Below, piece by piece: positions 45,373 through 54,879 of a DNA stretch of 64,000 nt. The notes below the pieces were generated by a model. That model ran no database searches. It worked only from the letters and a program-made list of their open reading frames with translations, and was not told the DNA's origin. Made by a program: the position numbers and the translations under genes. The stretch comes from Gloeobacterales cyanobacterium (GTDB taxonomy: Bacteria; Cyanobacteriota; Cyanobacteriia; Gloeobacterales; PMM-0068). The DNA is taken from positions 138,750-202,749 of the forward strand of contig JBBRSB010000003.1 of NCBI GenBank assembly GCA_038245785.1, read 5' to 3'. The stretch's first letter is position 1; every line of letters starts with the position of its first letter.

Positions 45373-46203
45373 CTAGACCTCTAGCTGACCAACAAAAACA
45401 CGTTGGGCCGGACCGGTCATGAAAACATGATTATTGTCGTGCCACTGGATCTCCAACGGGCCTCCCGGAAGCTCTACCGTTGCTCGTTTCTCCGCTTTCT
45501 GATTTAGCACGGCTGCTACCAGAATTGCACAGGCTCCTGTACCACAGGCTAAGGTTGTCCCTGCTCCCCGTTCCCAGACTTTTACTTTTAGATGGGTGGG
45601 GTTGAGTACCTGGACGAAATGGACATTGATTCGCTCTGGGAAAGCCGGATGAGATTCAATGGCGGGCCCCCACTGAGCTAGCTCTACTGTGTTCAGGTCG
45701 TCCACAAAAATGACGGCATGAGGATTGCCCATACTTACCGTGGTTACTTTAAAACGGCTCCAGGGATCTGGCAGAGGGAGATTCAGAACTTTCTCCCCTT
45801 TGGGTACGAGGGTCGTCGGAATTTCTTCAGCACTGAGGCGAGGGCACCCCATATCCACTGTTACTTGCTCACCCTCAAATCGAGGGACAATCAATCCCGC
45901 TTTCGTTTCGATAACGTAGCCACCCTCTTCGGTCGGGATGTCTAGCTCCCGCATGAACTTAGCGAGACAGCGGATACCATTGCCGCACATCTGAGCTTCG
46001 GAACCATCGTTATTAAATATCCGCATGGCATGAGGCTGGCTAGTGGAAGGCAAGAGGAAAATAACCCCATCCCCGCCTACCCCAAAGTTTCGGTCACAGA
46101 CCTGACGGGCTTGCTCCGGGCTGAGCATCGGTTCGCTCTGGGCACGGTTATCAATGAGAACAAAATCGTTGCCGAGGCCCTGATATTTGGTGAAGGGAAT
46201 CAC
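45373..46203 (-). CDS. dapF: Diaminopimelate epimerase
   Basis: 276 aa with FTKYQGLGNDFVLID and the two catalytic Cys contexts MCGNGIRC and ACGTGACA. Confidence 0.92.
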   Translation of the reverse strand: MIPFTKYQGLGNDFVLIDNRAQSEPMLSPEQARQVCDRNFGVGGDGVIFLLPSTSQPHAMRIFNNDGSEAQMCGNGIRCLAKFMRELDIPTEEGGYVIETKAGLIVPRFEGEQVTVDMGCPRLSAEEIPTTLVPKGEKVLNLPLPDPWSRFKVTTVSMGNPHAVIFVDDLNTVELAQWGPAIESHPAFPERINVHFVQVLNPTHLKVKVWERGAGTTLACGTGACAILVAAVLNQKAEKRATVELPGGPLEIQWHDNNHVFMTGPAQRVFVGQLEV

Positions 46204-46348
46204 AAGAAAACCTATGAAATTGATGTACTTTGGGACGTCATAGAGATCTTACTAAATCCTGTGGGGCTATGACGCTTCGTTTATAAGAAAGCCCTCGATT
46301 GGATAACGCCCTGGAAAGAGCAGTTCTATGAAACCATTGCGGCAGAAT

Positions 46349-47143
46349 CTACAGAAAGATCTTTTTGCGAATGGCGGACCAACCCCAGTAGGCGGCCATA
46401 AGCACCATACAGATCAGCCAGAGCAATTGCCACGGCCAATATTCCGGTAGTCCCAGAGGCCAGCGCAGAAAATCTACAATCGGAGACAGCGGTAGCGCTT
46501 CAGCTAGCCAACGGCTCGCACCGGGCAGATTGCCCCGAGGAAAGTAGGTACCGCTAAGGGTGAACATTGGCAGAATAAAGAGGAAAGTCGGCAGGTTCAC
46601 CTGGTCAAGGGTTTTGACCAATCCGGCAGAGACCAACCCACAAGCGCCAAAGAGCAGAGAGCCGAGGATCAAGATTGGAATCGAAAGCAGTAGGGCATAC
46701 CAGGGATAAAGACCGAGTAGGACCACCACGAGTCCGGTAATGAATCCGCCTAGCGTTCCTTTCGTAGCAGCCCATAGCCAATCTCCCAAGAAGACCTCGG
46801 TATAGCTCAGAGGAGTAGTCAGCAAGGCATGCCATGTTTTTTGAAAGGTAAGCCGGATATAGCTGCTGTAGGCTCCTTCAAAGAAAGACTGGAAGAGAAT
46901 GGCCACCGCCATCATGCCGGGACCAAGATATTGGGGATAGCTCACCGTCTGCCCCAGATAGTCAAAATTTTGGATCATCGGTCCTAAGCCTGCACCAAAG
47001 GCGAACAGATACAGCACAGGCTCCGACATCGGTGGCAACAAATTAGAGAGCCAGGTCACCCGATAGACATCCACATGTCTGCGCCAAACAGAGTAAACGC
47101 CCCAGAGAGAGACGGATTCGGTAAATGATTTCGTAAGGTTCAT
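46349..47143 (-). CDS. ABC-2 type transporter permease
   Basis: 264 aa with ~6 TM segments. It overlaps the upstream ATPase gene by 4 nt. Confidence 0.8.
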   Translation of the reverse strand: MNLTKSFTESVSLWGVYSVWRRHVDVYRVTWLSNLLPPMSEPVLYLFAFGAGLGPMIQNFDYLGQTVSYPQYLGPGMMAVAILFQSFFEGAYSSYIRLTFQKTWHALLTTPLSYTEVFLGDWLWAATKGTLGGFITGLVVVLLGLYPWYALLLSIPILILGSLLFGACGLVSAGLVKTLDQVNLPTFLFILPMFTLSGTYFPRGNLPGASRWLAEALPLSPIVDFLRWPLGLPEYWPWQLLWLICMVLMAAYWGWSAIRKKIFL

Positions 47144-48042
47144 AGACCAACTCCCGTGAGCCGTAAGAAAACATCTTCCAAATTGGCCCGCCGACGCGTT
47201 AACCGTGATGGATGCAGCTCAACCAAGGCTTGCCAAAGCGGTTCTGCTTGAGCGGGCAAGACCACGAGCGTACTATTGCCGAAGGGATAGCTCCAGGTTC
47301 CTGCTTTAGCTGCTAAATCCTCTAGCATTCCCACTGCAACTCCTTCCACTTCTGCCACTTCTTGCCCAACTTCCTGCGCAATCACCTCTTGCGGTTTTCC
47401 ACCGCCGACAATCATTCCATCCTTGAACAAGAGAATCCGGTCTGAAAGGCGTTCGGCTTCATCCATATAGTGAGTTGTTAGCAAAACCCCTCGGCCTTCC
47501 TCTTTGAGGCTACTGACAAAACGCCAAAATCCTTGACGGGCATCAGGGTCTAAGCCCGTCGTCGGTTCATCCAGAAAAACTAGCTTTGGATTGTTAATCA
47601 AGGCGCGGGCCAGGACCAAACGCCTCTTCATCCCCCCTGAAAGGTCTTCAGGAGAATCTTTAGCTCGGTCTTGGAGGTCCACTTGCTTCAGAAGCAGTTC
47701 GGCTCGTGCGCGGGCTTCGGCCACAGGCACTCGATAATAACGGGCAAAGGTCAGCAGATTATCAAGGACATTAAAGTCCGGGTCTATGTTGTTCTCTTGG
47801 GAAACTACCCCTATGTACTGACGAGCTTGCCGTCCCTGACGATGAACATCCCAGGTTCCCAAAGTAACTTGCCCCTTGGTTGGATTGACCAAGCCATAGA
47901 GCATGCCCACGGTCGTAGTTTTTCCGGCTCCATTCGGCCCCAATAAACCCAAGACTTCGCCGGGGAATAGTTCAAAACTAATCCCTCGGACTACTTCCCG
48001 GTCCCCATAGGTCTTGTAGAGATTTTGAGCGCTCAGATACAC
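47140..48042 (-). CDS. ABC transporter ATP-binding protein (DrrA/ABC-2 exporter type)
   Basis: 300 aa with Walker A GPNGAGKTT, the signature LSGGMKRRLVLARAL and Walker B VFLDEPTTGLD. Confidence 0.9.
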   Translation of the reverse strand: MYLSAQNLYKTYGDREVVRGISFELFPGEVLGLLGPNGAGKTTTVGMLYGLVNPTKGQVTLGTWDVHRQGRQARQYIGVVSQENNIDPDFNVLDNLLTFARYYRVPVAEARARAELLLKQVDLQDRAKDSPEDLSGGMKRRLVLARALINNPKLVFLDEPTTGLDPDARQGFWRFVSSLKEEGRGVLLTTHYMDEAERLSDRILLFKDGMIVGGGKPQEVIAQEVGQEVAEVEGVAVGMLEDLAAKAGTWSYPFGNSTLVVLPAQAEPLWQALVELHPSRLTRRRANLEDVFLRLTGVGL

Positions 48043-48107
48043 AAGTTAGACACAACCCAGCTTTCCCACGCTAACACTCAAAAATTAACCCATCCATGCC
48101 CCCAGCC

Positions 48108-48671
48108 TTATTCCATCAGCCAGCCGAACAACTCGCCCACACTTAGTCGTAACTCATGAGCAAAGGAGGGTACAGGAAGAAGTTGCTCTGATTGCTCAAA
48201 TACTTCTGTCTCTTGCTTCGGCAAGTAAACAAAAACAGTCTGCTCAGCGGGATCAATTAGCCAACCCATCTGAGTTCCATATCTGAGGCAGTGCAGAATA
48301 TTCTTGGTAACTTTTGTGTGGCTTTGGTCTGGAGACAAGATTTCAATAGTCCAATCAGGAGCTATTTGGAACACATTAGCAATTTCACCGTTTTCATCAC
48401 GCGGAATTCTCTCAGAGATAAACACAGAGACATCTGGCACGGTCGACCGCTCACCAAACGTACAGCGCAGTTCTGAAAATGCTCGTGCAGTGCGTTTAAG
48501 TTTAAGAACAGCATTGATAGTACTAGCTAATTCAGTCTGAATAACGCTGTGTTTCCCTTTTGGCATTGGCTTTTGAATAATTTGACCGTCAACATACTCA
48601 CTAGCAGGTTTAGTCTCTGGCATGTGCAGAAACTCTTCCAAGGTTAAGATTCTGGATGGGGTTTGTACCAT
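48108..48671 (-). CDS. Uma2-family putative endonuclease
   Basis: 187 aa, a close paralog of 31277..31861 (LTLEEFLHMPETKPASEYVDGQIIQKPMPKGKHS...PDWTIEILSP). Confidence 0.88.
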   Translation of the reverse strand: MVQTPSRILTLEEFLHMPETKPASEYVDGQIIQKPMPKGKHSVIQTELASTINAVLKLKRTARAFSELRCTFGERSTVPDVSVFISERIPRDENGEIANVFQIAPDWTIEILSPDQSHTKVTKNILHCLRYGTQMGWLIDPAEQTVFVYLPKQETEVFEQSEQLLPVPSFAHELRLSVGELFGWLME

Positions 48672-48700
48672 GTGTAATCGCCTTCGCTGTAACCTTTATT

Positions 48701-49354
48701 TTAAGGCTCAACTCCTAGATCCCGTAAACGCTGGGCTAGGGCTTCAGCCTTTTGTTCGGCAACTTTAGCTCTTTGCTCTGCCGTTTCAGCCCGTTGTGCC
48801 AAAGCCTGATAGCTTTCAAAGGACTGTCCGTCGGGTTGGATTAGGTTGAGATCTCCGGTTTCTGTCAGCTCAAAGCGTATTCCTAATCGGGGGCTGACCC
48901 AACCCTCTATCGTTTCTAGGGCTTCCAACACTCCACCCTGACGGATAAAACCATCCAAACTTAGACGGTCGGGGTCATAGAGATAATATTCATCCACACC
49001 ATACCGTTCGTAAAACTGAAACTTGCGGTTCATCTCTGCAATCGTATTTCCTGGAGAAATAACCTCAAAAACTATTTGTGGAGCAATGTTATCCTCTAGC
49101 CACTGCCGATAGCTGCCTCTATCGCCCTTAGGACGACCAAGAACAACCATCGTATCGGGAGCCTGACGGAGCTTGTTATTTCCTTCGACTGGATACCACA
49201 GCAAATCTCCAGCCACAAAAACTTGGGGGTCATTTCTAAATACCCAATCTAAGCCTTCTTTGAGGTAGACAATCCAGCGGAACTGTTTGGTATTGTCTGC
49301 CATGGAAAAGCTATCAGACTCAGGGTAGGTAATCGGTGTAGCGGAAATAACCAT
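48701..49354 (-). CDS. Uma2-family putative endonuclease with C-terminal coiled-coil tail
   Basis: 217 aa with ...VFVAGDLLWYPVEG...IVFEVISPGN...YERYGVDEYYLYDP..., then AQRAETAEQRAKVAEQKAEALAQRLRDLG. Confidence 0.85.
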   Translation of the reverse strand: MVISATPITYPESDSFSMADNTKQFRWIVYLKEGLDWVFRNDPQVFVAGDLLWYPVEGNNKLRQAPDTMVVLGRPKGDRGSYRQWLEDNIAPQIVFEVISPGNTIAEMNRKFQFYERYGVDEYYLYDPDRLSLDGFIRQGGVLEALETIEGWVSPRLGIRFELTETGDLNLIQPDGQSFESYQALAQRAETAEQRAKVAEQKAEALAQRLRDLGVEP

Positions 49355-49549
49355 GAGATGAATACGTCAGGAGGTCATTGATTAGCCATATTTTAGCCCT
49401 TTGTATCGGCCGGCAGAAAGACTGTAAACGCCAAAGCGTCACCTCAGGAGTTACCCGAGATGCCATTGGTCAATAACCTTGCCGAAAAGAGCGCTCACAG
49501 GCCCAGTCGCTTGTGAATCCCCTTCTATACGGGCATGAGGTGTTGAAAA

Positions 49550-49795
49550 TTAGTAGGCGAGGCCCATGCTGCGGGTGGTTTCTGCCCCGAGGTAGACACG
49601 GATGCTCAAGAAATCCGTAGGGCAGGCGGTTTCGCAGCGCTTACAGCCCACGCAGTCTTCCGTGCGGGGAGAAGCAGCAATCGTAGCAGCCCGGTTTCCG
49701 TCCCAAGGAACCATTTCCAGGACGTCTAGAGGACAAGCCCGGACACACTGGGTGCATCCAATACAGGTGTCGTAGATCTTTACGATGTGAGACAT
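49550..49795 (-). CDS. psaC: Photosystem I iron-sulfur center protein PsaC
   Basis: The 81-aa core [81 protein letters not shown] has both CxxCxxCxxxCP motifs. The ORF-track entry 49550..50029 is an upstream extension that I trimmed. Confidence 0.92.
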   Translation of the reverse strand: MSHIVKIYDTCIGCTQCVRACPLDVLEMVPWDGNRAATIAASPRTEDCVGCKRCETACPTDFLSIRVYLGAETTRSMGLAY

Positions 49796-49910
49796 AGGAA
49801 CCCTTTCGAATCGTGCCGTCTTGGTTATGGATTGCAGTGTATCGCGCCCAGAAAGGCTTTGCCGCAGATTTGCCACATTTCTTAAAAAAGCGTTACCTAA
49901 GCACTCATTT

Positions 49911-50921
49911 TCACTCTTGAGCTTGCACCATTTCCCGGACGAGGTTGGCTTCCCATTTGCGGGCTGGGGCCTGACGACGAATATCTCGCCAAATGCCCGT
50001 AGCCGCTTTGGTCCCATCAGCAACCGCAATCGAAATCTGATTGAGGCCCTGCTTCAAGTCCCCAATCGCAAAAATACGGGGATGGGAAGTCCGGCACATA
50101 TCGTCGGTGACTAGATTTTCCCCATTCTTCTCTAGGGGAATACCGTTCAAGTATTGGCTGTAGTAGTGAGAGCCCATGGCGATCAGTCCTGTGTCTACCG
50201 CAATCCGGGAGCCATCAGTGAACTCAATGCCATCCATGGTGTGACTTTTCCCTAAGAAGCGCTGGATGGGCGTCTCAATCAAAGGATAGCCGTGGTCTGC
50301 CAGTTTTTGACGCATCTCAGGCCCCACCTCGAAAAGACCGTGGGTCAAGACCGTGATGTAGGGCGTAAACCAGTTCAAGACAAACGCCGTGTTGATTTGC
50401 CCCTCCGAACCGCAGATCAAAGCACACCGCGTATCGTTTATCTCATAGCCATCGCAAATCAGACAGACATGCAGGTTGTGTCCCGCGTACTGGTAGACAT
50501 TCTGCATATCATCTAGCTTCGGAAGCTGGTCGATGATGCCGCTGGCTGCAACGATATATTTTGCTTTAAACGTATGTTCTTGTTCGTGACGCATCGCTGT
50601 TTTCACGCGCACATCAAAGTATTCACCTTGGTCTGTGACTTCTTCAACATGGGCAAAGAGGTAATTGCCGCCGACATTATAAAGATGCTGTTCTCCTCGC
50701 TTTAGCAGCTCTCTGCCGCTAATGTGCTCAGGAAAACCGAGGTAATTGGTCAGATCTGTCATCCAGAAAGAACGACCTCGCCCTTTTTCAATTACTAAAA
50801 CTTTGAGGTTATAGCGGGCTAAATACAGCCCTGCCGAGAGTCCTCCTGCTCCACCACCTACCACAATGGCGTCATAGAGAAGCTCAGCATGTTCATCCAG
50901 ATGCTTACGGGATAGCCGCAC
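49911..50921 (-). CDS. Thioredoxin-reductase-like FAD-dependent oxidoreductase (no CxxC redox motif seen)
   Basis: 336 aa with the FAD motif [18 protein letters not shown] and the C-terminal IFAIGD. The apparent start is GTG. Confidence 0.75.
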   Translation of the reverse strand: MRLSRKHLDEHAELLYDAIVVGGGAGGLSAGLYLARYNLKVLVIEKGRGRSFWMTDLTNYLGFPEHISGRELLKRGEQHLYNVGGNYLFAHVEEVTDQGEYFDVRVKTAMRHEQEHTFKAKYIVAASGIIDQLPKLDDMQNVYQYAGHNLHVCLICDGYEINDTRCALICGSEGQINTAFVLNWFTPYITVLTHGLFEVGPEMRQKLADHGYPLIETPIQRFLGKSHTMDGIEFTDGSRIAVDTGLIAMGSHYYSQYLNGIPLEKNGENLVTDDMCRTSHPRIFAIGDLKQGLNQISIAVADGTKAATGIWRDIRRQAPARKWEANLVREMVQAQE

Positions 50922-51027
50922 GTTTACAACCCTGACAGTATTCCTAGTCTAGCGGGTGACTTGGAGTTTTTGGAAATGCACCAGAGGCACGCTATAAATA
51001 AAGGGAAACGCGTCATCATCTGAAATC

Positions 51028-51117
51028 ATGTCAATCATCACACTCGGTTGGACTGCCCTAATTTTGTTTTTTGTTGGCTCTATCGCACTTACGGTTTGGG
51101 GTCGAGGCGGCTTTTAA
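51028..51117 (+). CDS. petN: Cytochrome b6-f complex subunit PetN
   Basis: 29 aa, below the ORF-track cutoff: MSIITLGWTALILFFVGSIALTVWGRGGF. It matches the PetN pattern M.I..LGW......F..S...VVWGR.G(F/L). Confidence 0.8.
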   Translation: MSIITLGWTALILFFVGSIALTVWGRGGF

Positions 51118-51145
51118 AGGAACTTCATTTGAGCTATAGGAATTC

Positions 51146-51268
51146 ATGATCCAGAACTACCTGGTCATTGCGGCCTTTTTGGGGCTCGTCGCCCTTACCT
51201 TGGGAGTAGCCTATCTCACCTGGGTGGATTTTCGTGACCGCCAACGCGCCAAGAAAAGCAAGCGTTAG
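51146..51268 (+). CDS. 40-aa single-TM hypothetical protein
   Basis: MIQNYLVIAAFLGLVALTLGVAYLTWVDFRDRQRAKKSKR has one hydrophobic helix and a basic tail. AGGA lies 4 nt upstream. It sits between petN and the pilT-like gene. Confidence 0.4.
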   Translation: MIQNYLVIAAFLGLVALTLGVAYLTWVDFRDRQRAKKSKR

Positions 51269-51288
51269 CCTCCTGCTCAGATTGGGGA

Positions 51289-52632
51289 ATGCTAGAGCAT
51301 ACATACGCACCCCCTAGTTTGCCGGAGAACTGTGTCATGGTCCTCAACCCACAGGACAACCTACCCAAGAATGGAACTTCCCATTCCCCGATGGTGATCA
51401 AAGCGCATGATGTAATTCGGCGAGAGCGTTTAACCGATGACCATGCCTACGATGCTGTGGGTTTCAAGGATTTAGTAACCCGCGCCCTTAAACTGAGTGC
51501 TTCAGATATCCATCTGTGCGTCAATGAGTCTCCCCGCTTCCGTATTCGGGGTGAGATTGAAACGTTCAACCTACCTCTGATTAGTGAATTTGTTTTTTAC
51601 CGCTGGCTGGAAGAAATTCTTTCTCCTCAGCAAATCGCCAAGTTTGAAGAGGAGCAGGAATACGATACCGCAGCTTATTTCCCCGATTTGATCCGCTGCC
51701 GGATTAACTTGTTTTTCTCTCTCTTAGGCTCTTCGATGGTGATTCGTTTGATTCCCCTGGAAGCGAAGAGCATGGAGCAGCTCTACATGCCCGAAAAGCT
51801 CAAAGAACTGTGCGCTATGCCCAAGGGCTTGTTTCTGATTACCGGGCCGACGGGGTCTGGTAAATCTACGACCGTAGCAGCCATGATTCGCTACATGAAT
51901 GAGAACTTTAAAAAGAATATTGTTTCGATTGAAGACCCGATTGAATTCGTCCATACCTCAAAAAAATGTGCTATCCGTCAACGAGAAGTCGGTATCCATA
52001 CCAAAGCTTTTGAGAATGCTTTGCGGGCCGTACTTCGGGAAGACCCCGATATCATTTTGATTGGAGAAATGCGGGACCGAATGACGGTGGAAACAGCTTT
52101 GAAAGCAGCACAGACAGGGCACTTGGTCTTCGGCACACTACATACTAATAGTGCAGTTGCTACGATTAACCGGATCTTGAATATTTTCCAACCTTCTGAA
52201 CAAGAACCCATTCGTCGCCAACTCGCAGAGTCTCTTGTCGCCATTGCAGCCCAGATGTTGGTGCCTTCCACAGACGGAGGCCGCCGAGCAGTCATGGAGC
52301 TTTATATCAATACGGTCACGGGTAAAGATTTTGTTGACCGAGGAGATTATGACCAACTTAGTCAACTGATTAAAGAATGTGACTATGAAGGCATGCAAAC
52401 TATGAATGATGTCATGTTTAATTTAGTTAAAGAAGGGATCATTACGCCAGAAACTGCCATCAAGTTTTCACCCTATTCCAATGAGATGAGTCAGCTTTTG
52501 CGCGGGAAAGAAGAGAACCTGATAGCGGCTAATCGGGAAGCTCAAGAGAGTAATCCCCGCAATTCTTTTGGTAGTGGCACTCAGTATTCAGGTTCCTACA
52601 AGCAAAATCCTAATCGCCCCACACAGCCCTAG
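51289..52632 (+). CDS. pilT: PilT-family type IV pilus retraction ATPase (PilT2-like, extended termini)
   Basis: 447 aa with Walker A GPTGSGKSTT, the Asp box IEDPIEF, Walker B ILIGEMRD and the His box GHLVFGTLHTNSA. The true start may be an internal ATG. Confidence 0.85.
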   Translation: MLEHTYAPPSLPENCVMVLNPQDNLPKNGTSHSPMVIKAHDVIRRERLTDDHAYDAVGFKDLVTRALKLSASDIHLCVNESPRFRIRGEIETFNLPLISEFVFYRWLEEILSPQQIAKFEEEQEYDTAAYFPDLIRCRINLFFSLLGSSMVIRLIPLEAKSMEQLYMPEKLKELCAMPKGLFLITGPTGSGKSTTVAAMIRYMNENFKKNIVSIEDPIEFVHTSKKCAIRQREVGIHTKAFENALRAVLREDPDIILIGEMRDRMTVETALKAAQTGHLVFGTLHTNSAVATINRILNIFQPSEQEPIRRQLAESLVAIAAQMLVPSTDGGRRAVMELYINTVTGKDFVDRGDYDQLSQLIKECDYEGMQTMNDVMFNLVKEGIITPETAIKFSPYSNEMSQLLRGKEENLIAANREAQESNPRNSFGSGTQYSGSYKQNPNRPTQP

Positions 52633-52658
52633 GCCCCAAACTCCCGTAGCATGAGAGC

Positions 52659-53138
52659 ATGCGAATTTTTGGGATAGATCCCGGTACAGCAATTGTGGGC
52701 TACGGTGTGGTAGACATTTCTCTTGAAGGAACATTCACCACGGTGGATTTTGGTGTGGTGTCTACACCTGCCCACACGCCCTATCACGAACGGCTAGCTC
52801 AAATTCATGAAGATGTGACTACGCTCTTACAGAAATGGCAGCCTGACCGAGCGGCAGTTGAAAAGCTTTTCTTCTATCAGATGGGCAATACTATTTCCAT
52901 CGCCCAAGCGCGTGGGGTGATTCTTCTCTGCCTCGCCCAGCAAAGCGTTCCCTTCCATGAATTTAGCCCTCCCCAAATCAAATTAACGCTGGCAGGAGAT
53001 GGAAGAGCCGATAAAAAGGCGATGCAAGAAGCGGTAAGACGAGAATTAGGACTTGAGAAAATTCCAAAACCCGATGATGCTGCCGATGGCTTAGCGATTG
53101 CACTAACCTGTTGGTTTCTAGAACGTTCTTCTTGGTGA
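52659..53138 (+). CDS. ruvC: Crossover junction endodeoxyribonuclease RuvC
   Basis: 159 aa with MRIFGIDPGTAIVGYGVV, AVEKLFF and ...PDDAADGLAIAL. Confidence 0.9.
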   Translation: MRIFGIDPGTAIVGYGVVDISLEGTFTTVDFGVVSTPAHTPYHERLAQIHEDVTTLLQKWQPDRAAVEKLFFYQMGNTISIAQARGVILLCLAQQSVPFHEFSPPQIKLTLAGDGRADKKAMQEAVRRELGLEKIPKPDDAADGLAIALTCWFLERSSW

Positions 53139-53213
53139 CATAACTCTTCTTTTAACTTTCCTAATGTGTTTGCAACCAATGAGTAAGGTCTGTTTCACGA
53201 TAAGCTAACCCAA

Positions 53214-53855
53214 ATGACACGACTCCTTCTGCCTGGACTTTTTGCCTTCCGTCCCAATCGTGCCACCTTGGGAGGAACGGCCTACTTTATTCAAGCAGAG
53301 GGAGAACAGCCTTCCTTGCTCATTGATAGTCCTGCCTGTAGTGAAGAGAATCTGGATTTTCTGGAAGCTCAAGGAGGGGTAGCTCTGATGTTTATAACCC
53401 ATCGGGGAGCCATTGGAGAGACCAAGAAATTTCATCAGCATTTTGGCTGCACGGTAGTCTTGCAGGAGCAAGAAGCGTACCTAGTGGATGTCCCCTGCCT
53501 ACAAACTTTTGAAAAAACCTGGTCTTCTGGTTCCTATGAAGCGCTGTGGACACCTGGTCATTCTCCCGGTAGCAGTTGCTTACGCTGGAGCGCCCATGGA
53601 GGAGTCATCTTTTCTGGGAGACATTTGCTACCGGATGCACGGGGCTATCCAGTCCCCTTGAAGACCCAAAAAACCTTTCACTGGCCCAGACAAATTCAAC
53701 AGGTACAGGCTCTCCTAGAGCAGTGGCCGGATTTTTATTATCTCTGTCCTGGTGCGGGAACAGGTTTACTCCGAGGTAAAGGCCTCGTTGAAGAAGCTCA
53801 TAGCAAAGTATCAGCGGGATTGGGAAGTGGGAATGTTGCTGGGCTTTTGCAATAG
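53214..53855 (+). CDS. MBL-fold protein with degenerate metal motif
   Basis: 213 aa with LIDSP...FITHRGAIGE (in place of HxHxDH) and ...WTPGHSPGS. The beta-lactamase-fold pattern is present, but the first motif lacks the canonical His/Asp set. Confidence 0.6.
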   Translation: MTRLLLPGLFAFRPNRATLGGTAYFIQAEGEQPSLLIDSPACSEENLDFLEAQGGVALMFITHRGAIGETKKFHQHFGCTVVLQEQEAYLVDVPCLQTFEKTWSSGSYEALWTPGHSPGSSCLRWSAHGGVIFSGRHLLPDARGYPVPLKTQKTFHWPRQIQQVQALLEQWPDFYYLCPGAGTGLLRGKGLVEEAHSKVSAGLGSGNVAGLLQ

Positions 53856-54839
53856 AGGTTGAGGAATTGTTGGATAGGGCCAAGCAAAGGCATGGCGAAA
53901 TGCGGCTTCCTGACATTGGCGTAACTGCCGAAAATCAATCACATCTAGAGTCAACAGATTCTCATACTCAAAGGGTAAACGGACATTGTGCAGTCCGGCA
54001 TTGTCTGTACAGATAGCAATGTCCACTCCTTCGGCAAAACAGCGCTGGAAAACAGGCTGTAGTTCTTTGATGCTCTTCAACGTTCCTGTTTGCAGATAGG
54101 TCGTAGGGCAAATTTCCAAACACTGACCGCGTTGAGCCAGCTCTGGCAGTAACTCCGGATAATGTAGGGGAATCTGGATGCCGTGACCGATACGAGAAAC
54201 GTAGGGCAGCAACTGGGGATAACAGCCCTTAGAAGTTTCATAGAGATGAGCTGTGGTTTTCAATCCCTGGGCTAACGCGTAGCGATAGAGGTCTACAAAC
54301 TCATCCATCCGCTCCCGATAGGCTGCATCACCCCCAGCCACATCAATACCACTGACGTACTCAGAATCTCTGGCAAGATGCACAATCGCCCGATTAACCT
54401 TCTCCGGCAAACGGGTATGAGTACAGAGGATTTGGCTGGTGACAATCGGATACTCCGTCAGACGGGAGGCCTGACCGACAATGTCTACCACTTCTCGCAT
54501 TTGGTCAATGCGTTGGTCTTCGCTGAGATTGTGGTCGGTGCGGTAGTAGGGCGTGTAGCGCAGCTCGAGATAGGCCAGATTTTCAAATACGTAGGCCCCG
54601 CGCAGCAACCGATAGATGAAGTAGGGCAACGCTTCCAGCGTTTGCACCGATTCAACTAAGGTATGCAGTTCGAGATATTCCTCTAAGGAACTGCGTGGTT
54701 TGGTATAAAAATCCTCAAACCCTGCATAGTTCTGGAAACGTTCCGTAATCGGATGGTTCTGGCGGATAAAGTAGCGCCAAAGGACCCTCGGGACCACAGA
54801 ACCGCCTAAGTGCCGATGTAGTTCTGCATGTAAGGTCAT
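53811..54839 (-). CDS. Adenosine/AMP deaminase-family protein
   Basis: ORF 53811..54890 trimmed to ATG 54839. It has MTLHAELHRHLGGS (metal HxH) and ...CTDNAG near the C-terminus. Its 3' end overlaps the convergent MBL gene by 45 nt. Confidence 0.8.
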   Translation of the reverse strand: MTLHAELHRHLGGSVVPRVLWRYFIRQNHPITERFQNYAGFEDFYTKPRSSLEEYLELHTLVESVQTLEALPYFIYRLLRGAYVFENLAYLELRYTPYYRTDHNLSEDQRIDQMREVVDIVGQASRLTEYPIVTSQILCTHTRLPEKVNRAIVHLARDSEYVSGIDVAGGDAAYRERMDEFVDLYRYALAQGLKTTAHLYETSKGCYPQLLPYVSRIGHGIQIPLHYPELLPELAQRGQCLEICPTTYLQTGTLKSIKELQPVFQRCFAEGVDIAICTDNAGLHNVRLPFEYENLLTLDVIDFRQLRQCQEAAFRHAFAWPYPTIPQPLLQKPSNIPTSQSR

Positions 54840-54879
54840 GAGCCAAGTCCCCTCGCGCGGTTCTTCCCTCAACCATAAC

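Noticed and set aside
49796-50029. 78-codon N-terminal extension of the psaC ORF in the ORF track (49550..50029).
   Set aside because: PsaC is an 81-aa protein and the canonical MSH... start is at 49795. The extension overlaps the 3' end of the neighbouring oxidoreductase gene and has no homology signal.
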